Assembly (NCBI RefSeq): GCF_902713615.1
Contig: NC_052151.1
Location: forward strand, 104,057,304 to 104,121,303
Length of the DNA stretch: 64,000 nucleotides
From: Scyliorhinus canicula
Lineage: Eukaryota
Direction: 5' to 3'
Positions 63,060 through 64,000 of the stretch are shown one piece after another (within the stretch, counting starts at the first letter, position 1; each line of letters starts with the position of its first letter). The notes beneath the pieces were generated by a model that was not told the DNA's origin, did no database searches, and worked only from the letters and a program-made list of their open reading frames with translations. The position numbers and the translations under genes were made by a program.

Positions 63060-64000
63060 GAGTTTTCAACGTTCATGATGTTTGTTAAAGTCCATGGGAT
63101 AAAAGGGGCAAGTAGCAGCACGGATACAAATTTGACTAAAGAAAAATCTGTATCAAATGGTTGTTTTTCTGACTGGAGGGAGGGTCTGCATTGGCATTCG
63201 CCAAGGTTCAAAACTTGTTTTTGATACATATTAATGACTGGGAAATACAGGGCATAATTCATAGATGACACAATGTTTTAAAATGCAGTAAAAGGGAGAA
63301 AGATATTAACAGATTTTGAGACAGGCTGGTGCAACCAAAAGATACATGTAAAATAAACTTCAGTGCAGAAACAGAGGCGATACATTTTGGGAAGCAGAAA
63401 GTACTATTTAGCTTTTATTAACCTATTTTAAATGAGGTGCAAGAACAGAGACCAGGAGGCATCTGTGCACAAATCTTTGAATGTGACGTAACAGTTTCAC
63501 AAAACAGTGAATAACGCACATGGGATCAATCCTGATGTTTTTTAAACAGAGGCACCAAGTACAGGAAGTAAAACCCCACTTGTAGCACTGCATTCAATTC
63601 AGGGCAACACACTTTAGTAAGGGTATGGAGGCTTTGGAAAAGTTAGAAGTTTACCAGTATAGTCCCAGGGATGAGGAATTACAGATGCATAGATAGATTG
63701 GCGAGGCTGGGGCTTTTCCTCCCTTTTCTTTTTTAAATTTAGAGTACCCAATTCATTTTCTTCCCCAATTAAGGCGCAATTTAGCGTGGCCAATCCACCT
63801 ACTCTGCACATCTTCTGGGGGCGAGACCCACGCAAACACAGGGAGAATGTGCAGACTCCACACGGACAGTGACCCAGAGCCGGGATCGAACCTGGGACCT
63901 AGGCGCCGTGAGGCAGCAGGGCTAACCCACTGCGCCACCGTGCTACCTGCGGGGCTTTCCTCCCTTGAACACAGAAGGACTAGAGGAAATCTGATAACGG
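63060..64000 (+). mobile_element. Old CR1 RT/C-terminal fragment interrupted by a V-SINE (minus, about 63725-63946)
   Basis: VKVHGIKG...NGCFSDWRE; SINE flanked by ggggcttt(t)cctccctt on both sides. Confidence 0.75.

Overview
Eukaryotic, repeat-dense intronic DNA from a cartilaginous fish. The HE1/V-SINE, HER1-type CR1 and SacSINE1/Deu-SINE content points to a shark, probably a catshark (inferred from repeat families). The only host coding sequence I can support is one 123-bp, phase 1-1 exon on the minus strand (22676-22798). It encodes the start of the MAM domain of a type IIB receptor tyrosine phosphatase (GGCTFDDGLEPCEYWQDQEDDFDWRHVRSEDMLHLQHNVPQG), most like PTPRK exon 2, so the window is probably parts of introns 1 and 2. 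The rest is nested transposon debris: four L1-clade fragments, several CR1 copies, RTE, Rex1/Babar, L2-like and Penelope fragments, four solo LTRs, a decayed Gypsy-like element, a GC-rich Harbinger-type MITE and about 25 SINEs. The most interesting signal is a family of four short ORF-less Penelope-derived insertions (5096-5294, 22344-22552, about 25320-25520, 53807-53921). They carry a minimal hammerhead-ribozyme motif, three are fold-back palindromes, and the 22344 copy has an intact motif on both strands. Other highlights are a perfect 18x17-bp frame-preserving minisatellite inside L1 ORF2, a SINE tail that matches the Rex1/Babar 3' end, and repeated LTR insertion at ACAT/ATGT. Family names come from recognition without database searches, and boundaries without a stated TSD are approximate.
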